A stretch of DNA of 60,289 nt, taken from NCBI GenBank assembly GCA_009602725.1, contig WELB01000009.1, positions 1,324,548 to 1,384,836 of the forward strand, given 5' to 3'. Of this stretch, positions 60,201 through 60,289 are shown one piece after another. Each line of letters opens with the position of its first letter. The first letter of the stretch is position 1. This DNA comes from Spirogloea muscicola. Lineage: Eukaryota. The notes under the pieces are model-generated. The model saw nothing but the letters and a program-made list of their open reading frames with translations. It was not told the DNA's origin and made no database searches. The position numbers and the translations under genes were made by a program.

Positions 60201-60289
60201 CCCATCCGCCATGGCGGCGTGAGGCAGCGCAAGCGATGCTGGCCGCCGCCGCCGCCCGCCGCCTGCCGCCGCCGCGGCGCCTGCTGGCG

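Overview
Eukaryotic, intron-rich, GC-rich genomic DNA. NAC and WRKY genes plus plant-type Fe-SOD and ANTH genes point to a streptophyte; a streptophyte alga is my inference. Conserved genes sit at the ends: a CPBP/CAAX protease, an FSD3-like Fe superoxide dismutase and an ANTH/PICALM clathrin adaptor on the left, and a CYP18-1/PPIL3-like cyclophilin on the right. The ~47 kb between them is dense in remnants of a CRE-like non-LTR retrotransposon (RT + CCHC + restriction-like endonuclease). These are one young 3-kb copy, two old near-full-length copies in inverted orientation, and dozens of 3'-terminal fragments from several subfamilies. The fragments share an L[TS]RGY* ORF end, a GGCTG-loop-CAGCC hairpin and CT-rich (not poly-A) tails, and they stack head-to-tail. 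Embedded among them are a deleted Gag-protease-PHD LTR-element remnant, two highly divergent NAC genes, a WRKY gene with a WRNYGRK core, and a tRNA-Lys(CTT) with an altered T-loop next to a retrotransposon tail. Two N-gaps and three single-N joins limit some adjacency claims. Exon and element boundaries were read by eye.
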